Shown one piece after another: positions 23,550 through 35,295 of a stretch of DNA of 64,000 nt. Within the stretch, counting starts at the first letter, position 1. Every line of letters begins with the position of its first letter. A program made the position numbers and the translations under genes. Origin of the DNA: Raillietiella orientalis (taxonomy: Eukaryota); the NCBI GenBank assembly GCA_036172245.1, contig JAYWIR010000003.1, positions 1,240,001 to 1,304,000 of the forward strand, read 5' to 3'. A model generated the notes under the pieces. The model was not told the DNA's origin. It ran no database searches and was given only the letters and a program-made list of their open reading frames with translations.

Positions 23550-24925
23550 GATCACCACGGTCCCTTCCCTCCTATTGAACCCTGCTGCACTTCCGAGAGC
23601 GCAGGTGGACTCTACCTGGCCCCTAGGGGCGGCACTCTCCTTGAGGATGGTTCACCTACAGACTGCCCAGTTGTTTCCCATCCGGATTTGCCAGAGGGTC
23701 CATCATATAAAATGGAAAATTTACAGGTTGTGGTAGGACCCTCGGTCTTACAACGTACAGGATATACAAAAGTTGCCGAGCAGTCGGTACGCAGACCACG
23801 ACGTGGCAGCGAAAGGGAGGCAAAGAAAAAAAAAATTTTTTTTGGAGTGAGGAGTGAGGGAGAGATTCAGAAAGAGTTCATTGCTCTCCCCTGGACTCCC
23901 TCTAAATCCTATCCTAGATACCGGCAAGCTGGTTGCGGATGTTGCCAAGGTGACACCATTTCGTGGCGGTCTTGGAGAACACTCCCGACCAGTGGATGGT
24001 GTCCCTTTCATTATCCCGGCCTCTTCTTTCTACGTTCCAGGCCGCCACGCGAAGAGAGAGCAGAAATGGCGATGCACCCGCAAGATGAGAGGCATTCCGC
24101 GAGCGAAATCGCGAGGAACAGAAAACAGTTGGGATGCTGGACGTCGCGCGTCAACTGGCTGACGCGCGTATCCCCGCCGCCCTCCCCAGAGGGATTCTTC
24201 GAGAAGGGGAGCTTCTAAAGATTCTCTCCTCAAGAAGTAGGAATCTTCCCAGCGTTTGCGGACAGCTCCGCACTTCCTCTGGAATGACAAGGCTCTGGGC
24301 ATTGCAGATCCCATGCAACGCGCCAGTCCATTTCAGGACGAGGGGGAGAGCGACCTCAGAATGTGCAGGGTGCGGGAAACGGTAAACCTTCCTGCAACTG
24401 TTGCTAGATCGTATTGCCCTCCGAACTGTGTCCGGGATCGCTCCGCTGCGACCCTCTCCACTCCCAGTGGGCAATGCCGGAGAGGTCTTGCCGGAGGTTC
24501 CTCTTCACACGAGACTCGACGTCGCCTGCAGCTTCCCTTGCAGCCTCGGACTGCCTCCGTGGGATTGCGGCGTCGAGGAGCTGCGTCGAAATACACCATT
24601 CGAACGGAGGGATCATCGCAATCGTCTGCTCCTTCATGAAGAAGGTGACAAGATGACCGTATCCTTGCCAACAAAAGGAGAAATTTTCCCCAATCCCCCA
24701 GAGGATGCTGAAGACGCCAGGAAGAAATCTGTGATGCCTTCTCTTCCTTCCCCAACACATTTGAAGGTAGGGTTTGTGTGTGTGTGCGTGCGTGGTTTCT
24801 GTTTGTTTATCTTTCCCTTACTTCTCCTGTGCGGACCTCATCATGGCGCTGCTTCTCGTGAGTCTCCGAGGGCTCTCCCTTCGTAGTGATGCCGTGAAGT
24901 CACCACGAAAGAAGATATCTTGTTA
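23550..24925 (+). mobile_element. Degenerate L1/Tx1-like LINE 3' copy
   Basis: Frameshifted zf region (RMCRVRETVNL) and 3'UTR colinear with 47600-48140. Confidence 0.7.
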
Positions 24926-24934
24926 GATGATAAA

Positions 24935-25300
24935 GCGGTGACCGGGCGAGAATCCCACCAAGACAGCAGAGAACTGCGAGGGCGGCGGCAGTGCGGCACT
25001 CACGAAGAGGCGTTTCAAAATGTTCCTGAGGCCGCTCACCAGCATTCCAAGAATCGTCGCTAGGCGATCCAAAAGGGGTCGGAGGACAACACAGTCAAGG
25101 AGCAGGTGCGCGAGGGTCTCGCTTTCCCCCTTTGCCTGTCGCACCCCGCGTCCGCACGCCCCTTTGACCAGTGACGAAGGCGTGCTTTGCACGAGACTCC
25201 CCAATGCAATACCAGCAGCGCCGGTGGGAGGGTGCAGTTGCTCCAGTACGCTGGGAGATCACTTCAGGTCCTCCACCGGAGGAGCAGCTCTCCTCAACGT
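24935..25300 (-). mobile_element. L1/Tx1-like LINE fragment
   Basis: GESETLAHLLLDCVVLRPLLDRLATILG...RNILKRLFVSAALPPP. Confidence 0.75.
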
Positions 25301-25928
25301 ATGATTTCTGTAGGTTCGGCTTCCCGACCTTTCGGCTAAGATTAAAGTGGGGTCCTGTGGATGGGACGCTCGGGACTGCGGCGTGCTGTCCACGCACCCG
25401 GAAGTTTCTTTTTTTCCTGAGATGCAGCAGATCACTTCCCATTTTGCTGCTCAGTTGCAGGGCTTGTACTGTTGCCTTAACACTCTCCAGCACTTGTCGC
25501 TCCGTATTCCCCGGCGATTTCTCATCGATTCCTCAATTTAAACGATCTCTGTCCAGTTCGCGGGAGAGAGAAGGCCGGGAGGCTGGCCGCAAGGCCACGT
25601 GAATTCCTCGAAAGCAGCCAAATAAGTGGATATAAAAACCCTTGAAATCGTGATCGCGGAGCAACAAAAGGAAAAGCGGGTCAGATCTGTTCTTATTCTA
25701 CAAATCTTTTCGCTTCCTATTCGAGACAGCGCACTGAATCCGCAAGAGACCTGACGCAGCCCGCGGGCGAGGCGAGAGAGGGGTCTTCCAATTCCTGCTC
25801 TCCAGCTTTGCACTGGGGCAGCTGCTCTCCCGCGGAGTTTTGATTCTGGGGGCATTGCAGCACAGGGTCCACCCCGCGACAGAAGAGGAGCAAACCCAGA
25901 TCCCGTCCACCTCCAAGAAGTAGTTTAA

Positions 25929-26468
25929 CCCTTTGGGTGAGGAGGTCATCAGATTTAAACGTTCCGTGTTGACGGCACGCGAGTCCCAGTTGCCATCTCC
26001 GTGGACGAAGTGCTTTTTGGAGTACTGCGTGCTCTATCGAGGTGCCGATTGACTTTATGAAGTGCTGATTAAAGTTACACCGCATTAAATAGAATATTTT
26101 TTTCCCGAACATGTATTATTTAGATTATAATTACAATTCGAATAAATCAGTGATCCATTTACATTTTTTAAGATATCCCAAATATGAAAAATAAATTATA
26201 TACGACACCGAGAAAAACTGAGAATACTTAGTCGATATAAATAGAATTTTGTTTACTGTCGCTGCTAAGGTAATTATAAGAGCGCAAGTGCGTGCGTCCA
26301 CATAAATAATAGTAACTTATGTAGCGTATACATGGTAAAAACATTTGCAAAACGCATATGTGAGTCCACAGTCCACGCGGATGTTTTTCGCCGAACCCAC
26401 AGATCCGTCCACGGGGCACGCCGATAGTTTTCGTCGGACGCACCTATGTGTCCATAGCATTCAAAGGG
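25929..26468. mobile_element. piggyBac-type MITE, copy 1
   Basis: TTAA|CCCTTTGGG ... TTCAAAGGG|TTGA; internal homology to 36803-37167; AT-rich, non-coding. Confidence 0.7.
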
Positions 26469-28641
26469 TTGAGTTTAACTGGCAGCCCAGGTAGGCAGTG
26501 AGGTATCATACATTAAGGGTACAAAAATGGAAATTAAGGATGGTGGCTGTACACCATCTTCAAACTTTTGGGTTCATCTTTTGGGTGCGGCGACGCATCC
26601 GAGGAAGAACTCCCGCGAGTGGGGGGGTGGGGGGGGAGGGGGTCCTTGGTGACATTCTCAAGGAAGGCTTCGAGTGGACTTAGAGGGGAGGTTGCACAGA
26701 GCAACGGAGCGCCCCGTTCAGTAATCTCGAATTCTGCTCGAGGGGATTTCCGGTAGCAACGAAAGTTATCTGGCTCGATGGTGAAGAAGTCTCGCTGCGA
26801 ATGTGACCAAGAACAGAACTGGAGCAAGGTCAAGACCAGGGGGAAGGGAATTTGCAGGTTCTCCACGGAGGCTGACTCGAAAGGAAGGTGGGGCTGGAAT
26901 GGAGATTCAAAGGGCATTCCATCCCGAGCGACGTGCCCGCGCCTCTTCACGGGCAGCGTGTCCAGACACCGTGAATCTTTCGGTTCCACAGAGGAAGCGA
27001 AAGACTCGCATCGTCTGTAAGAAAAGGAATCCGGAAGTGAAGGCATGTGGCACTGCCAGGGAAGAAGTCTGAAGGCGCTGTCGAGAGGAAGGAAGGATTG
27101 TTGCCTGGCGACAGCACGAAGTTCAACGCGCGTGAGAGACCGGGATCGCAGGTCTCGGGGCCGTTTCCTAGGAAGGCACGCCCCTTCCATTGCAAATTCG
27201 AGATTTCAAAGATGATCAGCGGCCAAGCGCTTTTTGCTCCCGTGTGGAAACGTCAGCAGGGTTGGTCCATCCGCCGGGCAGTGGGGTTAACGATTAGGAA
27301 TGGGGACGCAAGAGAAGATCGGGAGCTTCTCATCTCGATTCGCACTCACAGGAAAACGCCAGGTGCATCCCGGGTGAGGGAGTGGGCGGAAGCGGCAACA
27401 GCGCAGGGGGCTGAGTCCATGGTAAAATCGATCAAACTGCAATTATCTTCGAGAGGAATCCCGGTTCAGCTTGATGGATGTTCGAGTTTCGTAATCAGCT
27501 GCCCGGAGGCTTGCCGAAACGTCACGAGATGGGCCCTCCTTCTCCTCCTCCTCCGCTATCGCTTCTGAAAATGCCCGAGGTAGCCGTCTAATCGCGGTGA
27601 TGGGGTACTTTAGAAATGCAAGGGCAGACGGAACGTTCCCCTCTTTCCTTTGCTTGGAGGATCCGCTTCTGTCAATAGCCTTTTCGACTGCCCCCCTCCG
27701 TCTGCGCAATTTAAAGACGAAGATGCCGACATGCTTGCCGCTTGCCATAGCTTACCCGAAACGCGTTGGTGCCTTCCTTAGGGAAAAAAAAGGGAGAGAA
27801 TCATCTCAGCAAGGTGGGGGGGATGATGCTCTCCCTGCATTGAAGCCTAAAAAGACATTTCTGGGTGCGTGAACAACTCGGGAAGGTGCGACCCACCCCA
27901 AGGAAATCCACGCTGGGGAGAGCTGCTTGCGATCCCGCCGGAGAACGCGAAGTGGTCCCCAGCGTGCTGGAACAGTGGCGCCCTCCCCTTCAAGTGGCAG
28001 GAGTCGGCGTTGCTGGTGTTCCATCGGGGGACTCCCCTGCAATGCACGCCGCCATCACTGGACACGGGGGAGTGTGGATGTCAATTGTGGAAGATGCGGG
28101 AAGGAGGAGACTTTCCTGCACCTGCTGTTAGACTGCGCTGCCCTTTGACCCTTTGGGGATCGCCTCGCGACGACCCTTGGAATCCCGTTAGGCGACCCCA
28201 GGGACATTTTCATACGCCTCTTCGTGCGTGGTGCCGTACTGCCACCGCCAGTCGCGTATCGCTTGCAGTTCCCTGCGGTGATGTTGGTGTCTTGGAATGC
28301 AGGAAGAAGAGGCCGGAATGGAAGGGAAGCCATCCACTGGGCGAGAATCCTCTTTAAGATCGCCACGAGATGGCTCAACCGGGGCAACACACGGACCGAA
28401 ATTGCCAGCACTGTCCTGGACAGGATGCAGGGGACGCCTTGCAGCTCCGCCCCTCTTCCCGAGTAAAAACTCTCCCTCTCTTTTTTGTTTGTTAATTTTT
28501 GCTTTCGGTTTTCCCTTATTCCCCTTCGCTGCCGGAGTGGACCTCGCCGGTCTGCGCATCTGTCTTGGGCAAGTTCATTGCGCGTGGTAGAACGGAGCGT
28601 TCCACCACGGAAATTCACTTTCATAATCATTTTTGATAATA

Positions 28642-29754
28642 TTAGGTTGGTGCCAAAATGATTGCGGTTTTTATCAGTTCAAGTTTGGCGCCGATTTTTC
28701 TAGTTACCGTTATCTTTCGTTGTAGCTATGTAGTACATCATTGTAAGCAATGAAATTGGCACTACTGACTTCAGCTCGTGTCCCTTGTTTTCATTCTTTA
28801 GTGCTGTTGGGTATGACCAATGAGTCATGAAAAAAAAAAAAAAAAAGAAGAAGCAAATTCGCTCGATTTCGTTGTATGGGTTTCAATCGGATTGGTGGAG
28901 CAACAGAAACTGCTTGAAATATCGAATTTGCTTCCGGCGAAGAGTCGGTCAGTGAACGTGCAGCTCAACACGGGTTCCGAAAATTGCGCGATGGGAAACG
29001 AAAGCCCCGAAAGTGACGTGGGTCGTGGACGTCCACCAGACAACCATGATTTAAGAACCGTTACTGAAGCGGACCCACGTATAAAACAGTTCGAGAGGTG
29101 GCGGAATAGGAACTCGGTGTAAATCAGGCCATAGTTGCTCGACATGTGGGCCGAATGGGAAAAACGGAAAAGCTGGATCCACGGAGTCTGCTCTGCGCTT
29201 CTTTTGCGCGAAAGAAAATGATCCTTTTCTTGATCGCGTCGTCACATGTGATGATGGCCGATCGTAAATGTAAAATTTCACTCGGGAACGGGGGAGGGGG
29301 GAACGAGGAAGGGATCGCAGCTCGCTGCGAGGCGTCCCCTGCATCCTGCCCGGGGCAGTGCTGGCAATTTCGGTCTGTATGGTGCCCCGGTGGAGCCATC
29401 TCGTGGCGGTCTTCAAGAGGATTCGCGCCCCGTGGAGCCACTGCAGAGAATCCACAAGAAGAAGAAACACGTCCATCGCAGCAGCTAGACCGAGGAGAGG
29501 CGCCGAAAGAGTTTCCTGAACCGAAGCTCCGTGAAAAAAAGATCGTGGTCACTGTTTGGTGGTCGGCCAGTGGCATCATTCACCACGACTTCCTAAATCC
29601 TCGTGAAATGACAGCAGCAGACAAATATTGTCAGAAAATTGAAAAAAAAAAAAAAAAATGCATGGAAAGCAGCGTTAGTCAATCGAAGAGGACCTGATAT
29701 ATGCGTTTTTATACTCGATACGCAAAAACCGCACTCATTTTTGCACTAACCTAA
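28642..29754 (+). mobile_element. Defective mariner transposon (cecropia/Hsmar1-like), internally deleted
   Basis: TIR TTAGGTTGGTGCCAAAATGATTGCGGTTTT and its inverse; TA TSD at 28640-41 and 29755-56; transposase remnants DPFLDRVVTCDD and EAPKEFPEPKLREKKIVVTVWWSASGIIHHDFLNP. Confidence 0.92.
29260..29445 (-). mobile_element. Short LINE 3' fragment inside the mariner
   Basis: ARILLKTATRWLHRGTIQTEIASTAPGRMQGTP closely matches 28340-28440. Confidence 0.8.
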
Positions 29755-30404
29755 TAAATGCCCCGGCACCAACCGCGTGGAAAACCCAAAGTGCGTTCTT
29801 GACTGGAGGGTGCCGACCCTATTTGTTCCCGGAGCTCCCCATCTTGTGCACTTTGGAGGTTTTCCGCGTCGCTTCCTACCAACGAGTGCAGCGCGAAACT
29901 GCGCGTCCGTGTTTCTCGCACGACATGCCCTGGGCTTCAGAAAGGCACTCCAAAGACATCAGTCGCCAGTTTCCCTCTTGAAGGAGGGCAAAGTGGGGCG
30001 CCGTGAAATCAGGACGCAACCTGGAATGACAAGCGAATAGAAATGCAAACAAAAGGATCCCCAACTTTCTCCATGAGGGTGCACCGACTAGTCCACAAGA
30101 TACCTTAGCCAAGATGATTGCAGCTTCCACACCTTGCCGGAGCTTTCCAAACTTTTTGGAACCCACAAGCCACTCAGTTCGCTGATCCCGTAAAAGAGTG
30201 GCGTCAACCCATTCCGTTCCCCTTGACCGTGTCTTGAACCTGCAAAGAATCATCGGTCACCGACTTGGCTGATATTTGAATGTCAGCCGTTTCCGCCTTC
30301 CCATTTCCGTTCTACTCGGAAACCTTGACGACTGCATCGCTCCATTTTTCTCGGTTTCAATGGAAACTTTTCCTCCTTCACTATATTTGAACACTGCTCA
30401 TGAT

Positions 30405-30608
30405 CTGAATTGCACACACGTGTGTGTAGAGTATGCAATTATGTTCGTGGTGTGTGCGCACGCATCCTATTACATGCACAAGATGCCGGTGCATTCGGAA
30501 CGATCTCCTGGGAAAGGAGGAAGGAAGCTGGAGCTCTACGTCAGATCCGATGACGAGGAACCAGCGACATTTCAATGAGGCTGTGTCTCCCGTCGTGAAT
30601 AAACACCG
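30405..30608 (+). repeat. ~200-bp repeat, inverted partner of 32341-32537
   Basis: Long shared core aggaggaaggaagctggagctctacgtcagatccgatgacgaggaaccagc; AATAAA near the inner end. Confidence 0.9.
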
Positions 30609-32340
30609 AGGATTTTTCATGGCTTAGCTGAATGCTCCTTTAAGGCGTTCCGTGCGATCACACCATCCCCGATCCGGCTGGAAAGTTTGGTCCAGCATAC
30701 TCCACGCGTCGAGCAGGAAGGTGAAACTGGCCTCTGAGAATTTTCCGGCTTCTTTCGCATCTTGCCTGTCCCCTTGTTTGCCAAAGTCAAAAAGAGCGCG
30801 CTGTAGGAAACCAATGAAGAGGAAGAACGAACGTTTCAGGATTCCATCTATGAATAATCTCTCCTTGCACCTTAACCCCAAGTGTGCTTCTGACGTTTCC
30901 GAAATCTCGAAGTCAACAAAATCGATGTTCCCGGGAATCATTTGAAGCTTCAGCTGCATGCCGGGCCAACGGAATGGAGGCTGTGATTCATCAACAAATT
31001 AAATATCCATACGAATGCAAACATTTTTTTTTCCTTTCTGGTATTGGATTCGTGATCACGAATTCAGCGGCAGCACAACCACAATGCGAGGTTGTACTCT
31101 ATTTGCATGATGGGAATGGTGCAGCTCATAAATCAGATTGACTGCCGAAGACGGCATGCTCCAGAGAGCAGGCGCAGAAAATCGGGTCTGCCGGGAAAGC
31201 CGATCTTTGATTACCTATCACGATGCGATCTTTATTTTTCACCGTGTGATGAAGGCTAACAAGCATAATGAGGCACGAAGACATGAAAGAGATTTCGGAA
31301 CACACGAAAACCGGAAGAACACTTTCGGATCACAGATTATGGATCGCTTCGGATTGAAACTTCGTCTCGAAGCGCCGGAAGTCTTTAAAGATGGCTGCCC
31401 GTGCTTTGCGAGCCAACGTCCTCATCAGCAAAGTCCTCTGGAAGCTCAACGCATGGGATCTGCACCCGAAAGCAAGTCACTCGTACAGAAATGCAAATTC
31501 CCACGAGTGTTACTGCTAATTACTATTTCGGTTTGTGTTCCTAATTATCGCTCTGCGATGGGAAATCCTTCGGTTGCTGCTGCTTGGAAGTATGAAAAGC
31601 TGTTTCGAGAAGTAAATCTTCCGTCTAAGGACTTGATTGCGGAACTTCGCCCTCGGCGGATTTGGAAAATCCACCTTCCGACTTGAATAAGGTGTATTCT
31701 TAGTTGTACACACGTAAATAACCTTTCCAATCCGACGACACTTTGGGCAGAGGTAAACATCAAGCAACTCTCTGATGGGGAGTTGAACACTTTGTTTTGC
31801 GAATTTCTAAAGTGTACTAGGAACGTACAGAGAAAAAAAAAAAAAAAAAATCACGCTAGCGTCGTCTCAAGCTAGCCTCCAGACAGTTTTGGTTCTCACG
31901 AGACCACGTTGGGCGAACTCAGGAATGCAGTCTAAATGGAGCTTTTCCGGAAGTAGATGATTCCATGCAATGATTCATAGTAATTCCAAGATTCCATGCT
32001 TAGTAAGAAACCAGCGAGGTTACTGCCTGTATTTACTTACTACTTCGGATCTGAGCGAAGGTTTTCCAAAGAGCCCAAGTCTCAATTCTGTCGTGGGTCC
32101 CCTTCCAGTACTCGGGAGCCAGGAGAAGGGAATCTGCCTCAAGCGCTGCAAGCGCCTCGTGTGCAAGAGTCCGGTTTCGGATGCAGAACTGGTACTGGGG
32201 GACCTGCAAGTCAAAGTCCAACCGAGAAGCCACTGACGAACTCAGAGATGCGCCTAGGGAATCCAGCAGGAAGAGTGCAAGCGAGAATGCGCGGTCAAGA
32301 ACCGAGACCACGAACACTTCCCCAGAGAAAAAAGTCAACA

Positions 32341-32537
32341 CGGTTTTTATTCACGACGCGAGACACAGCCTCACGAAATGTAGCTGGTTCCTCGTCATCG
32401 GATCTGACGTAGAGCTCCAGCTTCCTTCCTCCTTTCCCAGAAGATCGTTCCGAATGCACCGGCATCTTGTGCGTGTAATAGGATGCGTGCGTACATACCA
32501 CGGACATGGTTGCAAACTCTACACGTGTACAATTCAG
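32341..32537 (-). repeat. ~200-bp repeat, inverted partner of 30405-30608
   Basis: Reverse complement aligns along the full length. Confidence 0.9.
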
Positions 32538-34879
32538 AGAAAGAAAGTGAAGTGTCCACTTTCTTGCTCTGAGAACCGAAAGATCTTTGAACGTATCGTT
32601 TTCATCTTCTGCTTCACCTTTCCAGCAGGATGCTGCCTGCCCAATCATTCCTGTTGGCTGAGGAAAGAGATCGCCGCACGTATCGGCAAGTGCTGCATGG
32701 CAACCACCGGAAGCACCTGTTCCATTTCCAGCGCGAGGAATCTCCTTCCAGAAGCCAGGAAGCGTAAAGACATTGGTCGCGAAAGGTAGTGAATCGGGCA
32801 ATCGTCGGAATTCTCGACTCTGGTAGCACGGATGGCGCTGAGGTCTGAGAAATTCACCGGTCTCGGATTTCCAAGAACATCCTTGCAAAATGCCATAATC
32901 GACGAGAGGGAAATCAGCAGAGGAAGACGTCAATTTGTCCCCTTTTCTCCTCCAACTTCATCCGCACTCTCTGTTCGACAAGATTCCTCGAGACGAAATT
33001 GCGGAGAAAGAATTCCGACCTTCGTCGTCTCCAGAACCTTCCAGAGATCCTGCGCTCCTGAGAACCCAAAGCCCTTCAAATGAGCTTCTCGAACTTCTTC
33101 CAGGTTCACTAAACAGGACTCCAGCTTTTCAAGGGAGCATTCAGCTAATTCAGGAAGAGGAGGAGGAGGTCCTTTCCGGTCCCTCCTCCCTGGTAGCCTG
33201 CGGTTCCCATCATGCCGACTCCAGAGTACCGGCTTCTTGCGTCCGCCGCACTCTTTCCCAGAGTTTCATTCCTTCTTTTGCCTCGCTGCTCTGCAGCGTC
33301 CCCGGATCAGTTGTGTCATCCATCTTGATAAGGGTGCAGCGCAACAGGTGGGTTTCCACGGCGAAGGGTAGAATGAGTCACGGCAGCCGACGGTGCCAGC
33401 TACGATCCACTGATCGGACCAATCCTCGAAGGGAAGGGATCTTCCCTTTAACAAGTTAAGCACACCCTTAACTTGTTAAGGGTGTGCAACCAATCAGTGT
33501 CACGTTCCATTGGTCTGAAGAATGCATAGGAAAGATGCTTCTTTCAAAGGAGACTGCTAGAAGACCCAAGTTATAACTCACTATCTACCAAATCATAATG
33601 ATTCCTAACCCATGAACTTTAATCCATCGCCTAAAGGCTGTATCACCTTACCCCATTCCCAATTTATTTGACCCTCTCACCATTGCAATTCCCTTTCAAA
33701 TTTCAAAGTCCAAGCAACACTGAGCAACATTTATTATTATTTCGAAAACTCCTCGCATCACCTTCAACGCATTTCTTCCTAAATAAAAATTCCTCCAGCC
33801 CCCCAACCGATTCGTACTGGGAAAGTCCATCACCATGTAAAGATGGGATCCAATCTGGCTTACGCCGATCCACACTCAAATCATGCAGGATTTTCAGTCT
33901 ATCAGAACCGCCACCGTGAGTCTTCTACATCCTTAAGGGTACCTAATTTAACGCCGAGGTCGAAAACTTCCACATCAATTAAAACTCTTCCGTGAAAATT
34001 ACGCCGTCGTCCCTCAGATGAGTTCTTCTTCATTTCAATATCATCACCCTTTTGCAGCTAATCCCGTAATCGTGAAGATCCATTCTTCATTATCCGCCCC
34101 AGTCGACGTCGTAAAGTTTCATCTTGCCCCGACTCCCGAAACATCCCAAGGACTCCTAGTTCTGAAGGGTCCTCCCATCCCCCGAGCTCACTATGCATTT
34201 TCCACTATGACATGCGATTCGGAAGCCCCAAATAGGACAGCCTTACGCAGTGGGAGCTTCCATCCACCAATTAGGTACCATCAGTACGCTGTCCTTTGCG
34301 CAGTCAAAACACCGCAGCTGCTCATTAGCACACCGAGCAGACCCCGCGTTACGTCATTCAAAAGAAAATGCCCCCGAGGAACATTTCCAGGGAACTTTTG
34401 CCAAATTCCCTCATCACGTTCTCACCTTACCGCTGCCTTACTTTTGCTCATGGAAGCCTTGTTTCACATAAGCCACGATTAATTTATCAGTAATAACTTG
34501 AAAATCCATTCTCACTTGGTAGCATGGAAACCCTACAGTAGCCAAATCCAATCTCATAGCCCTGCCCACCATCTCACATTTGGCAAAAACGAAAAAGCAA
34601 GCTTTCCTCATTTTCTCATTCATTAATCATTACGAATATTAATTTGTCAGCATATAAAAGCTTAATTACACTCCTGCTATACACACTCACTTAACTCATC
34701 ACCATCTGAGTGATGAATAGCAATTTTTGATTCATTTCAGCCTGATGCAAAAGATAATTACTGTTCGTACACTATAACTACTCTGCTCAACTCACTACCC
34801 CCTTTTCGATACTATTCCCTATCACCAATCAATTAATCCATCACTAATAACTCCACACTACAACGCAGCGAGGAAAAAA

Positions 34880-35200
34880 AAACAGAAGAAAATCCACAAA
34901 TGTGGATATCAAGGCGATCCTCTGCATCGACAGACCTCTCCTAGGTGCAGCTTCTGGAAGACCCACTGTCGTTACCACTTATCTTGGGCCAGAGCTCGGC
35001 GGGCGATTTGCACTCGATGACTCCATTATGCGACCTGCCCTCCTCAGGCAAATTTACAAACCAAGTCTTACTTCGGTACAAAATTGCATTCGTTTGTCCG
35101 AATTTAGCGGAGCGTGATCCGCTCTTACTGCTCTCCACGTTGCATCTCGATTAGAGCTCTTGGTCACCCTCTATTAAGGACATCAACCACTCCTGAATAA
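34880..35200 (-). mobile_element. Possible RTE-like reverse transcriptase C-terminal remnant
   Basis: ILYRSKTW resembles the LLYGSETW motif; heavily decayed. Confidence 0.25.
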
Positions 35201-35295
35201 TCGAATCTACCATCTCCGAGCACTGGAAAGGTGAGCCCTTCGTGGGTGATCCCCACCCGAGCAAACTCCCCTACCCACCTTTATAAACCTTGCCC

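Larger units (their letters stand above)
27600..29785 (+). mobile_element. L1/Tx1-like LINE 3' copy interrupted by a mariner
   Basis: RWGELLAIPPENAKWSPACWNSGALPFKWQES...CGRCGKEETFLHLLLDC...REAIHWARILFKIATRWL; terminus aatgccccggc resumes at 29757. Confidence 0.8.

Noticed and set aside
28527..28572. HDV-like ribozyme in the LINE 3'UTR (GACCTCGCCGGTC)
   Set aside because: The loop is too short and I could not build the nested double pseudoknot; it is treated as a simple stem-loop.
30540..30600. Penelope-type hammerhead ribozyme (ccgatgacga...)
   Set aside because: The core reads CCGATGA in both copies, and no properly placed GAAA or stem II is present.
33830..33960. THAP-domain remnant (minus-strand PDWIPSL); also TCKRHF near 53120
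   Set aside because: Only isolated motifs; the full C2CH pattern is not recoverable.
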